Shown piece after piece: positions 10,565 to 21,114 of a stretch of 64,000 bases of DNA. Position 1 is the stretch's first letter. Each line of letters opens with the position of its first letter. The translations under genes were made by a program, and so were the position numbers. The stretch is from an uncultured Desulfobacteraceae bacterium (GTDB lineage: Bacteria; Desulfobacterota; Desulfobacteria; Desulfobacterales; UBA5616): assembly GCA_964386565.1 (NCBI GenBank), contig CAYLRU010000005.1, positions 79,068-143,067 on the forward strand, written 5' to 3'. The notes under the pieces were generated by a model. It was not told the origin of the DNA. It did not search any database and saw only the letters and a list, made by a program, of their open reading frames with translations.

Positions 10565-10698
10565 TCATGACAAGGCTGTCAAGTATAATTCAGCGATGTT
10601 TCGGAAAATCTTTTCATCAAGCAGCCGCTGCTGGTTGAAAAAGGACCGTGCGGGAATCGCCGTGGGATGTTTTGATGTCTTGATTTTGTTGTTGGAAT

Positions 10699-11643
10699 GT
10701 GTCAAAAGAAGCCATTTTCAATGTTATGCAGGTGTTGATTGATTTTATGACACAACCCTTGAATAAGAAACCGTCGGCCTTAAAACAAAGGACATTGGCA
10801 AAACCCGTGACATGCACCGGTGTGGGGCTGCATTCGGGCAAAAGTGTTCATATGTCCATCAAGCCCGCTCCTGAAAATCACGGGATAAAATTCAGGCGAA
10901 TCGACTTGCCGTCCAGTCCCGATATAAAGGCACTGTTCAAAATGGTGGTGGACACAAGCATGGCAACGGTCATCGGATCGGACGGTGCCATCGTCTCCAC
11001 CATTGAGCATCTCATGGCAAGCTTCGCCGGAATCGGCATCGATAATGCTTTAGTTGAACTGGATGCCCACGAAGTGCCGGTCATGGACGGCAGTGCAGGG
11101 CCTTTCACCCATCTGATTCGTCAAGCCGGTATCTGTACGCAAAAAGCCCCCCGCTACGGGTTTATCATCAAAAAACCCATTGAAATCGCAAAAGACGGAA
11201 AATTTGTGGGCGTATACCCGTCCGATAAATTCAAAATCACCTGCACCATCGATTTTTCGCATCCGGTCATACAAAGACAGTCATATTCCATTGATGTATG
11301 CGAAGAATCCTTTTCCAGGGAGATCAGTACGGCAAGGACGTTCGGGTTTTTGCACGAACTTGAATTGATGAAAATGCACGGATTGGCCCGGGGTGGCTCC
11401 CTGGATAACGCCATCGTACTGGACGAAGAAAAGGTTATTAATGAAAAAGGCCTGCGTTTTACGGATGAATTTGTTCGCCATAAAATACTCGACTGCATCG
11501 GCGATTTTTCCCTGCTGGGAATGCCTCTTTCGGGACATGTGGTTGTTGAAAAGTCCGGACATGCCTTTAATCACGAATTTTTAACGAGATTTTTTGAGGC
11601 CAAACAATCATGGGAAACCGGCATTTTATTCAATGCCCGATAG
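10699..11643 (+). CDS. lpxC: UDP-3-O-acyl-N-acetylglucosamine deacetylase
   Basis: RTLAKPVTCTGVGLHSGK...IKFRR N-terminus and HKxLD motif (FVRHKILDCIGD). The start may be the ATG at 10747. Confidence 0.92.
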   Translation: MSKEAIFNVMQVLIDFMTQPLNKKPSALKQRTLAKPVTCTGVGLHSGKSVHMSIKPAPENHGIKFRRIDLPSSPDIKALFKMVVDTSMATVIGSDGAIVSTIEHLMASFAGIGIDNALVELDAHEVPVMDGSAGPFTHLIRQAGICTQKAPRYGFIIKKPIEIAKDGKFVGVYPSDKFKITCTIDFSHPVIQRQSYSIDVCEESFSREISTARTFGFLHELELMKMHGLARGGSLDNAIVLDEEKVINEKGLRFTDEFVRHKILDCIGDFSLLGMPLSGHVVVEKSGHAFNHEFLTRFFEAKQSWETGILFNAR

Positions 11644-11899
11644 CTCACTGAAACCCGGTGAAATTATTCAATCCCTTCGAAATCACTTGCCATTTCAGAT
11701 ATTATCCGTTAAAAATTAAATATTTATCAACCCTTCGGGCGGGCGCAAACCGTCAAACGAACGACAGGTGGCGTTATTTCAATCGTAAATCGGAAAAAAT
11801 TGACAGGGATGTACACGACCTGATGCCTTACGTTTACCCTGTTGAGCACCGGGGTTTGAAAAATTCGATTTTTCAAAGGATATCGTTTAAGTGGTCTAA

Positions 11900-12472
11900 A
11901 TGAAATTGAAACGAAAAAACAACGTTGCCATAACAAGTCTCTGTTGTCTGTTGCTCTTTTGGCCTCATGTTTCAAAAGGGCAGGAAGCGAGATTGGAAAA
12001 TATCATCGTTACCAACACGAGGGATGATCTTCTTATTTATTTGAATGTCGAAGGCGCCTTCAGGGAAAAAATGAACAAAGCCGTTTCAAGCGGGGTGCAC
12101 ATAACATTTTCCTTTTTTATCGATCTTTATCAGGTAAGGAGTCTTTGGTTAGATAAAAAAATAGAAGAATTAAAAATCACTCATACACTGAAATTCAACA
12201 GTCTTAAAAAAGAGTATGTCATAGACCGCTCCTGGGACAACAGTAAACCCATTGTTACCGAATCATTTGAAGAAGCCCGTAAAATCATGGTAACGATCGA
12301 CAGTTTAAAAATCACCCGGCTGAAAAAACTAAAAAAAGGAGAGCAATACCAGATCCGGGCGAAAGCCGAACTGAGTAAAAAAACCCTTCCGTTTTATTTG
12401 CACTACATCTTTTTTTTCGTTTCCCTGTGGGATTTTGAAACAGACTGGTATACCATTGATTTTGTTTATTAA
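11900..12472 (+). CDS. DUF4390-like secreted protein preceding the NtrY-type kinase
   Basis: Signal peptide followed by ENIIVTNTRDDLLIYLNVEGAF. Family and its position upstream of NtrY-like kinases are recalled from other Desulfobacterota, not searched. Confidence 0.55.
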   Translation: MKLKRKNNVAITSLCCLLLFWPHVSKGQEARLENIIVTNTRDDLLIYLNVEGAFREKMNKAVSSGVHITFSFFIDLYQVRSLWLDKKIEELKITHTLKFNSLKKEYVIDRSWDNSKPIVTESFEEARKIMVTIDSLKITRLKKLKKGEQYQIRAKAELSKKTLPFYLHYIFFFVSLWDFETDWYTIDFVY

Positions 12473-12595
12473 TATTCTTCCAAACAAAAAGGGCCTTTCG
12501 AATAACGGATATGGTTATAAACAGCCTTCGCCCCATTATGGCGGGGTTAAAAAAACATGAATCGATAACGGGTATGTGTTTTTCAAATATCTATC

Positions 12596-14842
12596 ATGAC
12601 AAGTAATCGGTTGACCACATTATCATCACAACACCACGAACAGGAAAAAGCCAAGCGCAAGCGTGAACGCATTATTATCCTTGTCATTATTATCTTTGTC
12701 ATCCTCTTAACCATTGCTGAAAATCAAATCATTTATTTCGGTGCGGACTTTCCGGTTTCCAATACGATCCTGATGTTCACACTGATCAATATCAACCTTC
12801 TTTTGCTGATATTGCTGATTTTTCTTGTATTCAGAAATCTGGTCAAACTGTTTTACGACCGGAAAAGGAATATCATCGGCGCCAAACTCAAAACAAAACT
12901 GGTGGTTTCATTTATCTCGCTGACACTGTTGCCCACCATTATTCTCTTTTTCTTTTCTATAAACTTCATCACGAACAGCATCGCTTTCTGGTTTAACGTG
13001 CCGGTTGAGCAGGCCCTGGAAAACTCGCTCTCAGTGGGACGGAATGTATACCAGCACATGGAAGACAACAGCCGTTTTTTTCTGGAAAGAATCTCATATC
13101 AGATTACCAGCAAAAAGCTGCTGGCGCCGGGACAATACAACGCCCTCACTAATTATATCCAGGTGGTCCAGCGGGAATTCAACATCCCCGGCGTGGAAGT
13201 CTACGACATCAATGCGAACCGTATCACCTATGCCGTGGCCGAAAATATCGCGGACAAACCGTTGACCATCATTGCAGCGGATGATCTTCAAAAAGCCGCT
13301 GCATCAAAAAAAGTCAGAACCGTTTCCCAGAGCGTCCCCAACGGCGAACTTGTCCGCACCATCGGCACGGTCCCTTTTCACGGTTCCGGTGATACGGTGG
13401 AAGCGCTGGTGGTGCTGTCCTTTCTGATTTCACCGGAACTGTCTGAAAAGATGACATCTATCTCCAGGGGATTCGAGGCTTATCAACAGATCAAATTGTT
13501 AAAAAAACCGATCCAGAGCAGTTACTATATCGCCCTTTCCATCGTTGCCCTGCTGGTGGTGTTTTGTGCCATATGGTTCGGATTTTCTCTGGCAAAATCC
13601 ATTAGTATCCCGATAATGGACCTGGCCAACGGGACAAGACGGGTGGCGGAAGGAGATTTAAGTTTCAGCATTGATATCAGTGCGGATGATGAAATCGGAA
13701 CGCTGGTGGATTCATTTAATAAAATGACGAGAGACCTGAGAACCAGCCGGGAACAAATCGAACGCAGCAACCAAATGCTGAAAGAACAAAATGCCGAAAT
13801 CGAAGGTCGGAAAAATTACATTGAAATCGTTTTAAAAAACGTGTCCGCAGGTGTCATCACCCTTGAAGCGGACGGACGCATTTCCACCATCAACAAATCG
13901 GCTGAAAAAATGTTGCGGTTAAATCCCGACAGGCTTTTAAATAAAAATTACCAGATGCTTTCCGATGAAGATGAACCGGGTTTTATTCACCCCATCATGG
14001 ATCAGTTTAACCGGCAAAACAGCGACGACGTGGAGCTTCCCTTGAAATTGATCATCGAAGGCAGGCCCCGCAGCTTCTGGGTACACATCAACGCGTTAAA
14101 GGACGAATCAAGCCGCCAGATGGGCATTGTTATGGTCTTCAATGATTTAACGGACCTGGAAAAAGCCCAGCGCATGCTGGCATGGCGGGAGGTGGCCAAA
14201 CGGATCGCCCATGAAGTGAAAAATCCGTTAACCCCGATCACGCTGTCCGCCCAACGGTTAAGACGAAAATTCGCCGACCGGATTAACGACAGTGTTTTTG
14301 ACGAATGCACGCAAATGATCATCAACCATGTGGAACTCATCCGTAATCTGGTTAATGAATTTGCGATATTCGCCAGATTCCCCTTTGCAGACCCGAAGCC
14401 TTCCGACCTGGTATCCATTATCGAAGAAAGCACGGCTCTTTTCAGAGAAGGGCACCAGGGGATTGAATTTACGATAAACCGGGAAAATAAGATTCCCCTG
14501 CTGAACCTTGACCGACAGCAAATCAAGCAGGCCATGATCAATCTGATCGACAATGCCGTCTACGCCGTAAAAAATGAAGGCCATATATCCATTACCATCA
14601 CCCATGATCCCATATTAAAAATGGTCCGGATAGAAGTAGCAGATGACGGTGTCGGAATCACGAATGTGGAAAAAACCCGACTGTTCGAACCTGATTTTTC
14701 AACCAGGAAAACCGGCATGGGGCTGGGATTAACCATCGTGCACAATATCATACTGGATCATAACGGCATGATCAGTGTCCATGACAATCAACCCAAAGGA
14801 GCAAAATTTGTAATTGAGCTGCCGGTACAGGATAATATTTAA
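12596..14842 (+). CDS. sensor histidine kinase, NtrY-like (multi-TM, HAMP, PAS, HisKA, HATPase)
   Basis: N-terminal TM helices, HAMP region (IPIMDLANGTRRVAEGDL), H-box AHEVKNPLTPI, N and G boxes (DNAVYA, DDGVGI, GMGLGL). Confidence 0.85.
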   Translation: MTSNRLTTLSSQHHEQEKAKRKRERIIILVIIIFVILLTIAENQIIYFGADFPVSNTILMFTLININLLLLILLIFLVFRNLVKLFYDRKRNIIGAKLKTKLVVSFISLTLLPTIILFFFSINFITNSIAFWFNVPVEQALENSLSVGRNVYQHMEDNSRFFLERISYQITSKKLLAPGQYNALTNYIQVVQREFNIPGVEVYDINANRITYAVAENIADKPLTIIAADDLQKAAASKKVRTVSQSVPNGELVRTIGTVPFHGSGDTVEALVVLSFLISPELSEKMTSISRGFEAYQQIKLLKKPIQSSYYIALSIVALLVVFCAIWFGFSLAKSISIPIMDLANGTRRVAEGDLSFSIDISADDEIGTLVDSFNKMTRDLRTSREQIERSNQMLKEQNAEIEGRKNYIEIVLKNVSAGVITLEADGRISTINKSAEKMLRLNPDRLLNKNYQMLSDEDEPGFIHPIMDQFNRQNSDDVELPLKLIIEGRPRSFWVHINALKDESSRQMGIVMVFNDLTDLEKAQRMLAWREVAKRIAHEVKNPLTPITLSAQRLRRKFADRINDSVFDECTQMIINHVELIRNLVNEFAIFARFPFADPKPSDLVSIIEESTALFREGHQGIEFTINRENKIPLLNLDRQQIKQAMINLIDNAVYAVKNEGHISITITHDPILKMVRIEVADDGVGITNVEKTRLFEPDFSTRKTGMGLGLTIVHNIILDHNGMISVHDNQPKGAKFVIELPVQDNI

Positions 14843-14894
14843 AAAAACTATATTTTCGTTTATACATCCAATATGAAAGCGAGGATTCACCCAT

Positions 14895-16241
14895 ATGTTT
14901 CCTTCCATACTGATCGTTGATGATGAACCGTCAATTCTTCAATCTTTAAGCGGTATACTCTCGGATGAAGGTTTTGAAGCCCATACGGCTTCCAACGGGT
15001 ATGAGGCCTTAAAAAGAATTGAAGAAGAATCGCCGGACCTGGTGCTTTTGGATATCTGGATGCCCGGACTTGACGGTATTGAAACCTTAAAGGAAATCAA
15101 GAAAATCAACCCGCATATACAGGTGGTCATCATTACCGGACACGGCACCATTGAAACAGCTGTAAAAGCCACTAAAATGGGGGCTTTCGATCTGATCGAA
15201 AAGCCATTATCCATCGATAAAATTATTGTGACCATCAATAATGCATTGAATTTCCGTCGTCTCGAAGAAGAAAATCGTTATCTCCGTCGGAAAACACTGG
15301 AAAAGCACTCGCTGACGGGGAACAGCCCCGAAATCCTGTCCCTTAAAAACCAGATCGCGGCGTCAGCCCCAACCGATAAATGGATCTTTATCACCGGAGA
15401 AAACGGGACCGGCAAGGAGCTCGTGGCCAAAACGATTCACCAGTTAAGTCCGCGAGCGGATTTTCCCCTGGTTGATATCAACTGTGCGGCAATCTCGGAA
15501 GAACTCATGACCCTGGAGCTTTTCGGTACTGAAAAGGGAGCACCTGTCAATGGCACCAGAAAAAAAATCGGAAAATTCGAACTGGCCGATATGGGAACCC
15601 TTTTTTTTGATGAAATCTGCGATATGAGTCTCGGCATTCAAGGCAAGCTGTTACGGGTTCTCCAGGAAAAAAAATTTGAGCGGACCGGCGGGAGTCGCCC
15701 CATTGATATGAAGGCCAGAATTATCGCTTCGACCAACAAAAACATCGAACACGAAATTCAAAAAGGACGGTTCAGAAAAGATCTGTATTATCGTTTAAAT
15801 GTTATTCCGATCCATGTCCCGCCTTTGAGAAAAAGAGCTGAAGATATTCCGCTCCTGGTTGATACATTTTTAGCGGAATCCGAAAAAAACAGCCAGAAAA
15901 GAAAATCCATCACAGAAAAAGCCGTAAAATTGCTCTGTGAATATGCCTGGCCGGGAAATGTGCGTGAGTTAAAAAATTTTATCGAACGGCTGGTTATCCT
16001 GGTTGAAAAAGATGTTATTGACGAAAAGGATGTTTTATCCCTATATAAACCTGAAATGGAAAATTGCCATTGCGATGAACCGGATCGATATTTTTCCATA
16101 AAAGACTTCAAAATCGCCAGGGAGACATTCGAGAAGGACTATATCCAAAGAAAAATGATCCAGTTCAACAATGACATCAAAAAGACAGCCAGGGCCATTG
16201 GTGTTGAACCGGATTATCTCAATAAATTATTAAAACCATAA
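14895..16241 (+). CDS. NtrC-family response regulator (REC-AAA+-HTH), NtrX-like with degenerate GAFTGA loop
   Basis: Receiver (LIVDDEP...LLDIWMPGLDG), Walker A GENGTGKE, C-terminal HTH. The GAFTGA position reads GAPVNG. Confidence 0.88.
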   Translation: MFPSILIVDDEPSILQSLSGILSDEGFEAHTASNGYEALKRIEEESPDLVLLDIWMPGLDGIETLKEIKKINPHIQVVIITGHGTIETAVKATKMGAFDLIEKPLSIDKIIVTINNALNFRRLEEENRYLRRKTLEKHSLTGNSPEILSLKNQIAASAPTDKWIFITGENGTGKELVAKTIHQLSPRADFPLVDINCAAISEELMTLELFGTEKGAPVNGTRKKIGKFELADMGTLFFDEICDMSLGIQGKLLRVLQEKKFERTGGSRPIDMKARIIASTNKNIEHEIQKGRFRKDLYYRLNVIPIHVPPLRKRAEDIPLLVDTFLAESEKNSQKRKSITEKAVKLLCEYAWPGNVRELKNFIERLVILVEKDVIDEKDVLSLYKPEMENCHCDEPDRYFSIKDFKIARETFEKDYIQRKMIQFNNDIKKTARAIGVEPDYLNKLLKP

Positions 16242-16259
16242 TGCGCTGATCCGAACCAC

Positions 16260-16817
16260 ATGGGCTTAAGAATCATCAGCGGTCGCTTAAAGGGAAAAAG
16301 AATCCATACGTTGCCCGGGACAGAGACCCGGCCGACATCCGATCGGTTGAGAGAATCCATATTCAATATCCTCGGCACCCGCGTAAAAAACGCTCTCGTG
16401 CTGGACTTGTATGCCGGCTCAGGAGCTCTTGGTATCGAAGCGCTGAGCCGGGAAGCCCGGTTTGCCGTGTTTATCGACAACAATAAAAAAGCAATGGATA
16501 TAATAAAGCGCAATATACGATCCTGCACCCTTGATGCGCAATCCACAACAATTTTGTGGGATATCCGCAAAAACTTAAACTGTATTACGGCAATTCCGGG
16601 AATGTTTGATATGATATTCATGGATCCGCCTTATCTCAAAGGCATGATTCCTGATACTTTAAAAAATCTCGGCAAAACCAAAAAACTGGCCAGGCATTCA
16701 TCCCTTATCGTGGAACATGCATCAACAGAACCTGTTTCAGTTGATGCAACAGAATTTACGATCACCGGCCAAAGAACATATGGGAAAACGTCTCTGACAT
16801 TTTTACGTTATGGATAA
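16260..16817 (+). CDS. rsmD: 16S rRNA (guanine966-N2)-methyltransferase
   Basis: RPTSDRLRESIFNIL, SAM motif DLYAGSGALGIEALS, and DPPY motif (FMDPPY). Confidence 0.85.
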   Translation: MGLRIISGRLKGKRIHTLPGTETRPTSDRLRESIFNILGTRVKNALVLDLYAGSGALGIEALSREARFAVFIDNNKKAMDIIKRNIRSCTLDAQSTTILWDIRKNLNCITAIPGMFDMIFMDPPYLKGMIPDTLKNLGKTKKLARHSSLIVEHASTEPVSVDATEFTITGQRTYGKTSLTFLRYG

Positions 16818-16823
16818 AGCGAT

Positions 16824-16862
16824 CCGGGTGAATTCTTTAAAACCCGAATTCACCCGGTTTTT
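16824..16862 (+). terminator. rho-independent terminator after rsmD
   Basis: Perfect 12-bp stem CCGGGTGAATTC / GAATTCACCCGG (16824-16835 / 16846-16857), 10-nt loop, then TTTTT. Starts 7 nt after the rsmD stop. Confidence 0.7.
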
Positions 16863-16995
16863 AAGTGTTAAGATTAAAAAAATGATAAAATTTCAGATGA
16901 TTAAAACTTAAACCGAAAACTCGAAACCATCTCGTAAAAAGTTGTTTTACGACTTTTTACGAGGCCGCCATCTTAAGAAAGGACAATGTTTTTAC

Positions 16996-17487
16996 ATGAA
17001 AAGACTGGCCATATACCCCGGATCATTTGACCCGCTTACCAATGGTCATGTAGATATCGTTGAAAGGGGCCTTACCTTGTTTGATGAAATTATCATCGCC
17101 ATATTGATTAACCCGAAAAAACAGTCTCTTTTTTCCGTTGAAGAACGCATTGATTTGCTGGAAAAGGCCTTTAAAAAATACCCCAATGTTTATGCTGATT
17201 CCTTCAACGGCCTGCTTGTGGAATACGCACGTAAAAAGCAGGCCACTGCCATATTAAGGGGGATGCGGGCCGTATCTGATTTTGAATACGAATTCCAGAT
17301 GGCCATCATGAATCGCCGCTTGAACAGGGATATCCAGACAATATTCCTGATGACCGGATTCAGGTGGATTTTTACCAGTTCTTCGATCATAAAAGAAGTG
17401 GCCCGATTCGGTGGAGATGTTTCGGATTTGGTTCCTGACCCGGTGAATTTAAAATTAAGGGAAAAATACGGTCCTGTTAAATCATAA
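16996..17487 (+). CDS. coaD: phosphopantetheine adenylyltransferase
   Basis: [21 protein letters not shown] (HxGH-type motif). Start set at the ATG at 16996 rather than the ORF-track 16942. Confidence 0.92.
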   Translation: MKRLAIYPGSFDPLTNGHVDIVERGLTLFDEIIIAILINPKKQSLFSVEERIDLLEKAFKKYPNVYADSFNGLLVEYARKKQATAILRGMRAVSDFEYEFQMAIMNRRLNRDIQTIFLMTGFRWIFTSSSIIKEVARFGGDVSDLVPDPVNLKLREKYGPVKS

Positions 17488-17516
17488 ACGATCCATTCAG
17501 GTCGCTTTTAAATGCC

Positions 17517-19685
17517 ATGGCCATATCACTTTCACAAAACGCAAAAATTATTTTGGAAAAACGGTATCTGAAAAAGGATGAAAGCGGGAAAATCGTTGAA
17601 AATCCCGAAGATCTTTTTACACGGGTCGCCCGCACCATCGCCGGTGCCGACCTTTTGTTTGACCCTGAAGCGGATGTGAAAAAAACAGAAAAAAAATTTT
17701 TCCGCATGCTGGCCAATTTTTTATTTCTTCCCAATTCCCCCACTTTGATGAATGCCGGCAGGCGGCTCGGTCAGCTTGCCGCCTGTTTTGTACTCCCCAT
17801 TGAAGACTCCATGGAAAGCATTTTCGAAACATTGAAGCATACGGCGATGATCCATAAAAGCGGCGGCGGGACAGGATTTTCATTCTCCAGAATCCGCCCG
17901 GAAAACGATGTGGTACTTTCCACCGCAGGGGTGTCCAGCGGCCCCCTGTCATTCATGAGCGTATTTGATATGGCAACAGAAACCGTCAAACAGGGCGGCA
18001 CAAGACGAGGGGCCAATATGGGGGTTTTACGGGTGGATCATCCTGACATCGAAAAATTCATCAGCGCCAAAATGCATTCTGATCGACTCAACAACTTCAA
18101 TATTTCGGTTGCGTTAACCGATACGTTTATGAAAGCCTTTGAAGAAGAAACGGATTATGCCCTGATTAATCCGAGAACAGGTAACGTATCAGACCGGGTA
18201 TCCGCATCAAAAATATTCAATATGATCATCAATTCTTCTTGGGATTCCGGCGAACCAGGTGTCATTTTTATTGATCGGATCAATCAGCATAATCCCACAC
18301 CGCAAGTCGGTGAAATCGAATCAACAAACCCCTGCGGTGAACAGCCCCTGCTGCCTTATGAATCCTGTACGCTGGGTTCCGTTAACCTGTCCAAAATGAC
18401 ATCCAACGGCAATATCAATTTTAAACGGCTCAAAAAAACCGTTCACGATGCCGTTCATTTCCTGGATAATGTCGTTGAAATAAATAAATATCCCCTTCCG
18501 CAGATCGAAAAAATGAGCAAGGGGAATCGTAAAATCGGACTCGGCGTTATGGGCTTTGCCGATATGCTGATACAGTTAAAAATCCCGTACAATTCGGAAG
18601 AAGCCGTACAAACGGCTGAAACCGTAATGGAATTTATTCAAAAAGAGTCCAAAGCAGCATCCGTGAACCTGGCAAAAAAACGGGGCAACTTTTCCTTTTA
18701 CAAGGGCAGCATTTATGACACGCCGCAAACGCCGTTTATGAGAAATGCGACCACCACGACCATTGCCCCAACCGGCACCATCAGCCTGATCTGTGGTACA
18801 TCCAGCGGCATTGAACCGATTTTCGCCATCGCCCACGTCAGGCACGTGCTGGATGGAAAGAAACTTTCTCATATCCACCCGCTGTTTCTTAAAGCAGCCA
18901 AAAAAGAGGGATTTTATTCGAAAGACCTGTACTCGGAAATCACCCGGCTCGGATCGGTCCAATCCCTTGCCCGGGTACCTGATCATATCAGACGCCTGTT
19001 TGTCACATCCCATGAAATATCGGCCCACTGGCATATCAGAATCCAGGCTGCATTTCAGAAATTCACCGACAACGCAGTTTCAAAAACCATAAATTTCCCC
19101 AACAATTCCTCACCGGAAGAGGTGAAATCCGCCTATATTCAAGCCTATAAAACCGGGTGCAAAGGACTTACCATATACCGATACGGAAGCCGGGATAAAC
19201 AGGTTCTCTCCCTGGGGGATGAAAAAAAAGAGTCTTTAAAAATCGCGCCCCGGCCGAGGCCGGAACGCACACAGGGGATCACCCAACGAATCAGTACGGG
19301 TTGCGGGAATCTTTACGTAACGGTTAATTATGACGAAAAAGGCACCTGTGAGGTTTTTGCCCAGATGGGAAAAACCGGCGGATGTGCATCATCTCAAATT
19401 GAAGCAGCAGGTCGGCTGACCTCCCTGGCCCTGCGGTCCGGCGTAAAAGTGGATGCCATTATCAAGCAGCTCATCGGCATCAGATGCCCCTCACCGTCAT
19501 GGCAAAATGGAAAAATGGTATTATCCTGTCCGGATGCCATCGCCCAGGTGTTAAAAGACCTCACAGCTTCAAGTTTTACGGAAAGCCAGTCCATGATGGG
19601 CGTCTGCCCGGAGTGCGGAGATGTTCTCTCCCATGAAGAAGGTTGCCTGGTCTGCCATTCCTGCGGATTTTCCAAGTGCAGCTAA
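17517..19685 (+). CDS. nrdJ: class II (adenosylcobalamin-dependent) ribonucleotide reductase
   Basis: [11 protein letters not shown], active-site [14 protein letters not shown], and a C-terminal Cys-rich tail (CPECG...CLVCHSCG). Confidence 0.9.
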   Translation: MAISLSQNAKIILEKRYLKKDESGKIVENPEDLFTRVARTIAGADLLFDPEADVKKTEKKFFRMLANFLFLPNSPTLMNAGRRLGQLAACFVLPIEDSMESIFETLKHTAMIHKSGGGTGFSFSRIRPENDVVLSTAGVSSGPLSFMSVFDMATETVKQGGTRRGANMGVLRVDHPDIEKFISAKMHSDRLNNFNISVALTDTFMKAFEEETDYALINPRTGNVSDRVSASKIFNMIINSSWDSGEPGVIFIDRINQHNPTPQVGEIESTNPCGEQPLLPYESCTLGSVNLSKMTSNGNINFKRLKKTVHDAVHFLDNVVEINKYPLPQIEKMSKGNRKIGLGVMGFADMLIQLKIPYNSEEAVQTAETVMEFIQKESKAASVNLAKKRGNFSFYKGSIYDTPQTPFMRNATTTTIAPTGTISLICGTSSGIEPIFAIAHVRHVLDGKKLSHIHPLFLKAAKKEGFYSKDLYSEITRLGSVQSLARVPDHIRRLFVTSHEISAHWHIRIQAAFQKFTDNAVSKTINFPNNSSPEEVKSAYIQAYKTGCKGLTIYRYGSRDKQVLSLGDEKKESLKIAPRPRPERTQGITQRISTGCGNLYVTVNYDEKGTCEVFAQMGKTGGCASSQIEAAGRLTSLALRSGVKVDAIIKQLIGIRCPSPSWQNGKMVLSCPDAIAQVLKDLTASSFTESQSMMGVCPECGDVLSHEEGCLVCHSCGFSKCS

Positions 19686-19702
19686 AATGCGGCCAATCCA
19701 GG

Positions 19703-20281
19703 TTAAAATATAAACTTGAACAGCATAAATCCGCCGATCAGAAGAACAGTGAATACAACGGTGATCAGGTTGAAATGTTTATCGATTACGGTTTGAATGG
19801 CCCCTCCGAAGCGATAAATCAGCCCGGCCACCAGAAAAAACCGCGCCGAACGTGAAAACGCTGACGCCAGCACAAATACGCCGAAATTTATACGAAATGC
19901 ACCGGCCGTTATGGTAAATAATTTATACGGCAGGGGCGTAAAACCCGCTATGCTGACGGCCCAGGCATCATAAGCAACATAGAGGTTTCGGATATAGTCA
20001 TATTTCGATGACAGGCCGTAAAATTCAATGATCTTATCGCCGATCCCCGCCATGAACTGCCAACCGATCACATACCCCAGGCATCCGCCGATGACCGATC
20101 CGAAGGAACATACCAGGGCATACCGAATCGATTGTTTCGGAGCAGCCACGGAAAGGGCGATGAGCAGAACATCCGGGGGAATGGGGAAAAACGACGATTC
20201 ACAAAATGCGAGAATAAACAGTGCCCATAAACCGTATGGTGTTTCAGCCCAGCGAACAATCCAGTCGTATAGTTTTCGCAT
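19703..20281 (-). CDS. YqaA/DedA-superfamily membrane protein
   Basis: ETPYGLWALFILAFCESSFFPIPPDVLL motif and four to five TM helices. Confidence 0.7.
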   Translation of the reverse strand: MRKLYDWIVRWAETPYGLWALFILAFCESSFFPIPPDVLLIALSVAAPKQSIRYALVCSFGSVIGGCLGYVIGWQFMAGIGDKIIEFYGLSSKYDYIRNLYVAYDAWAVSIAGFTPLPYKLFTITAGAFRINFGVFVLASAFSRSARFFLVAGLIYRFGGAIQTVIDKHFNLITVVFTVLLIGGFMLFKFIF

Positions 20282-20284
20282 CTA

Positions 20285-20953
20285 TTACAGCTCCCGCCAG
20301 CCGTACTCTCCCACAAGCTTTACAAATCTGCAACCGCCCAGGTCGGTCTTATGAATCCCGTCTTCATCTTTGACAATTTTGATCAATTCCTGTGAATATT
20401 GATCTCCGACCGGTATCACCATGCGGCCGCCGACAGCCAGTTGGTTTACCAGCACATGGGGAATTTCCGGTGCCCCTGCCGTAACGATAATTGCATCAAA
20501 CGGACTTTCATCAGGCCATCCGGAAGTACCGTCCGAATACCTGGTAACGATATTATAATATCGAAGCGCATCAAAGCATTTCCGCGCCTTTACGAAAAGG
20601 GAATATATCCGCTCTATCGTATATACGCGAAAAACAATTTGAGAAAGAACGGCTGCCTGGTATCCCGAACCAGTGCCGATTTCCAGTACACGATCGTCTT
20701 TTCCCAAGGCAAGCGCCTGGGTCATTTCCGCTACGATATACGGCTGGGAGATGGTCTGTTGTTCTCCGATGGGAAGCGGATGATCGCCATATGCCTGATC
20801 CATCAACGCTTCACTGACAAAAAGATGCCTGGGTACCTTCCGCATGGCAAAAAGAACCCGGGTATCTGTTATCCCCCGGGCTTCAATCTGCCGTCTGACC
20901 ATCTCATCGCGCTGTTTTTCAAATTTCAAGGCGTTTTTGTTCATACCTGGCAT
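20285..20953 (-). CDS. pcm: protein-L-isoaspartate O-methyltransferase
   Basis: [15 protein letters not shown] and SAM motif [15 protein letters not shown]. Confidence 0.92.
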   Translation of the reverse strand: MPGMNKNALKFEKQRDEMVRRQIEARGITDTRVLFAMRKVPRHLFVSEALMDQAYGDHPLPIGEQQTISQPYIVAEMTQALALGKDDRVLEIGTGSGYQAAVLSQIVFRVYTIERIYSLFVKARKCFDALRYYNIVTRYSDGTSGWPDESPFDAIIVTAGAPEIPHVLVNQLAVGGRMVIPVGDQYSQELIKIVKDEDGIHKTDLGGCRFVKLVGEYGWREL

Positions 20954-21114
20954 ATTCCCACAAATTTAACGCGTTTCCGACCGTTTATTTTCATTACTAA
21001 AAAGCCCTTGATTTTTCAATAAAAAATTATGATAATGGGTTAATTTATAAAACGGCCTTTCCGGTGTTGACAAAAGCCCTTCAGGTCTTCTCATATTTCT
21101 GATATTCGTACGAT

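Noticed and set aside
17488-17516. Possible cobalamin riboswitch ahead of nrdJ, and a T-box ahead of serS or glnS.
   Set aside because: Only 29 nt separate coaD from nrdJ, which leaves no room for a riboswitch. The serS and glnS leaders are short (about 150 and 60 nt), AT-rich and lack T-box or B12-box features.
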